NCBI GenBank assembly: GCA_951406725.2
Contig: OX597841.1
Coordinates: 9,362,001 to 9,426,000 of the forward strand
Length of the DNA stretch: 64,000 nucleotides
Reading direction: 5' to 3'
Source of the DNA: Octopus vulgaris
Taxonomy: Eukaryota
Shown here: piece after piece, positions 63,791 through 64,000 of the stretch
Position numbering within the stretch: position 1 is the first letter of the stretch
Layout: each line of letters starts with the position of its first letter
Translations under genes and position numbers: made by a program
The notes under the pieces: generated by a model
The model's input: the letters and a program-made list of their open reading frames with translations, nothing else
Told to the model about the DNA's origin: nothing
The model's database searches: none

Positions 63791-64000
63791 CGTCTTCTAG
63801 GCTGTAGTTTATGGCTCGGGATTTCTGGAACCACCATTGACACTGCCTTACGCTTATTGTCCAACCCCATATACTGCATTAATATTTCTTGTACTTTGCA
63901 CACATTTATATTCTGTTATTCTTTTATATGTTTCAGCCTTGAGAGTTGTGGCCATGCTGGATCATGGTGTGTGTGTGTGTGTGTGTGTGTCTATCTGTCT

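Overview
This is repeat-dominated eukaryotic DNA with no recognisable host protein-coding gene. The SINE families and compound microsatellites suggest a cephalopod (Octopus-like) genome, which is an inference. Most of the window is one giant inverted duplication (1..~24618 mirrored at ~32380..57612) that ends on the left at a 100-N gap, and it is probably two haplotypes scaffolded head-to-head. Each arm holds a nest of compact LTR retrotransposons. A tRNA-derived SINE was hit by family-A copy A2, and the A2 gag was then hit by a near-intact 4.25-kb family-B element. A second, rearranged copy (A1) is fused to a CR1-type LINE tail. The standout signal is the primer-binding site: both LTR families carry AGCTATTTCGGC flush against the 5' LTR. 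It complements the first 12 nt of eukaryotic tRNA-Phe rather than a tRNA 3'-CCA end, which suggests priming by a 5' tRNA fragment. Other findings are a conserved -1 frameshift heptamer with a covarying pseudoknot, a recurrent fold-back hotspot in family A, a tandem array of RTE-derived double C2H2 zinc-finger mini-ORFs, a Penelope-type hammerhead ribozyme, a near-full-length CR1-like LINE in a 5.6-kb tandem repeat, mariner/pogo relics, a MITE, a tRNA-Glu pseudogene and many SINEs and microsatellites.
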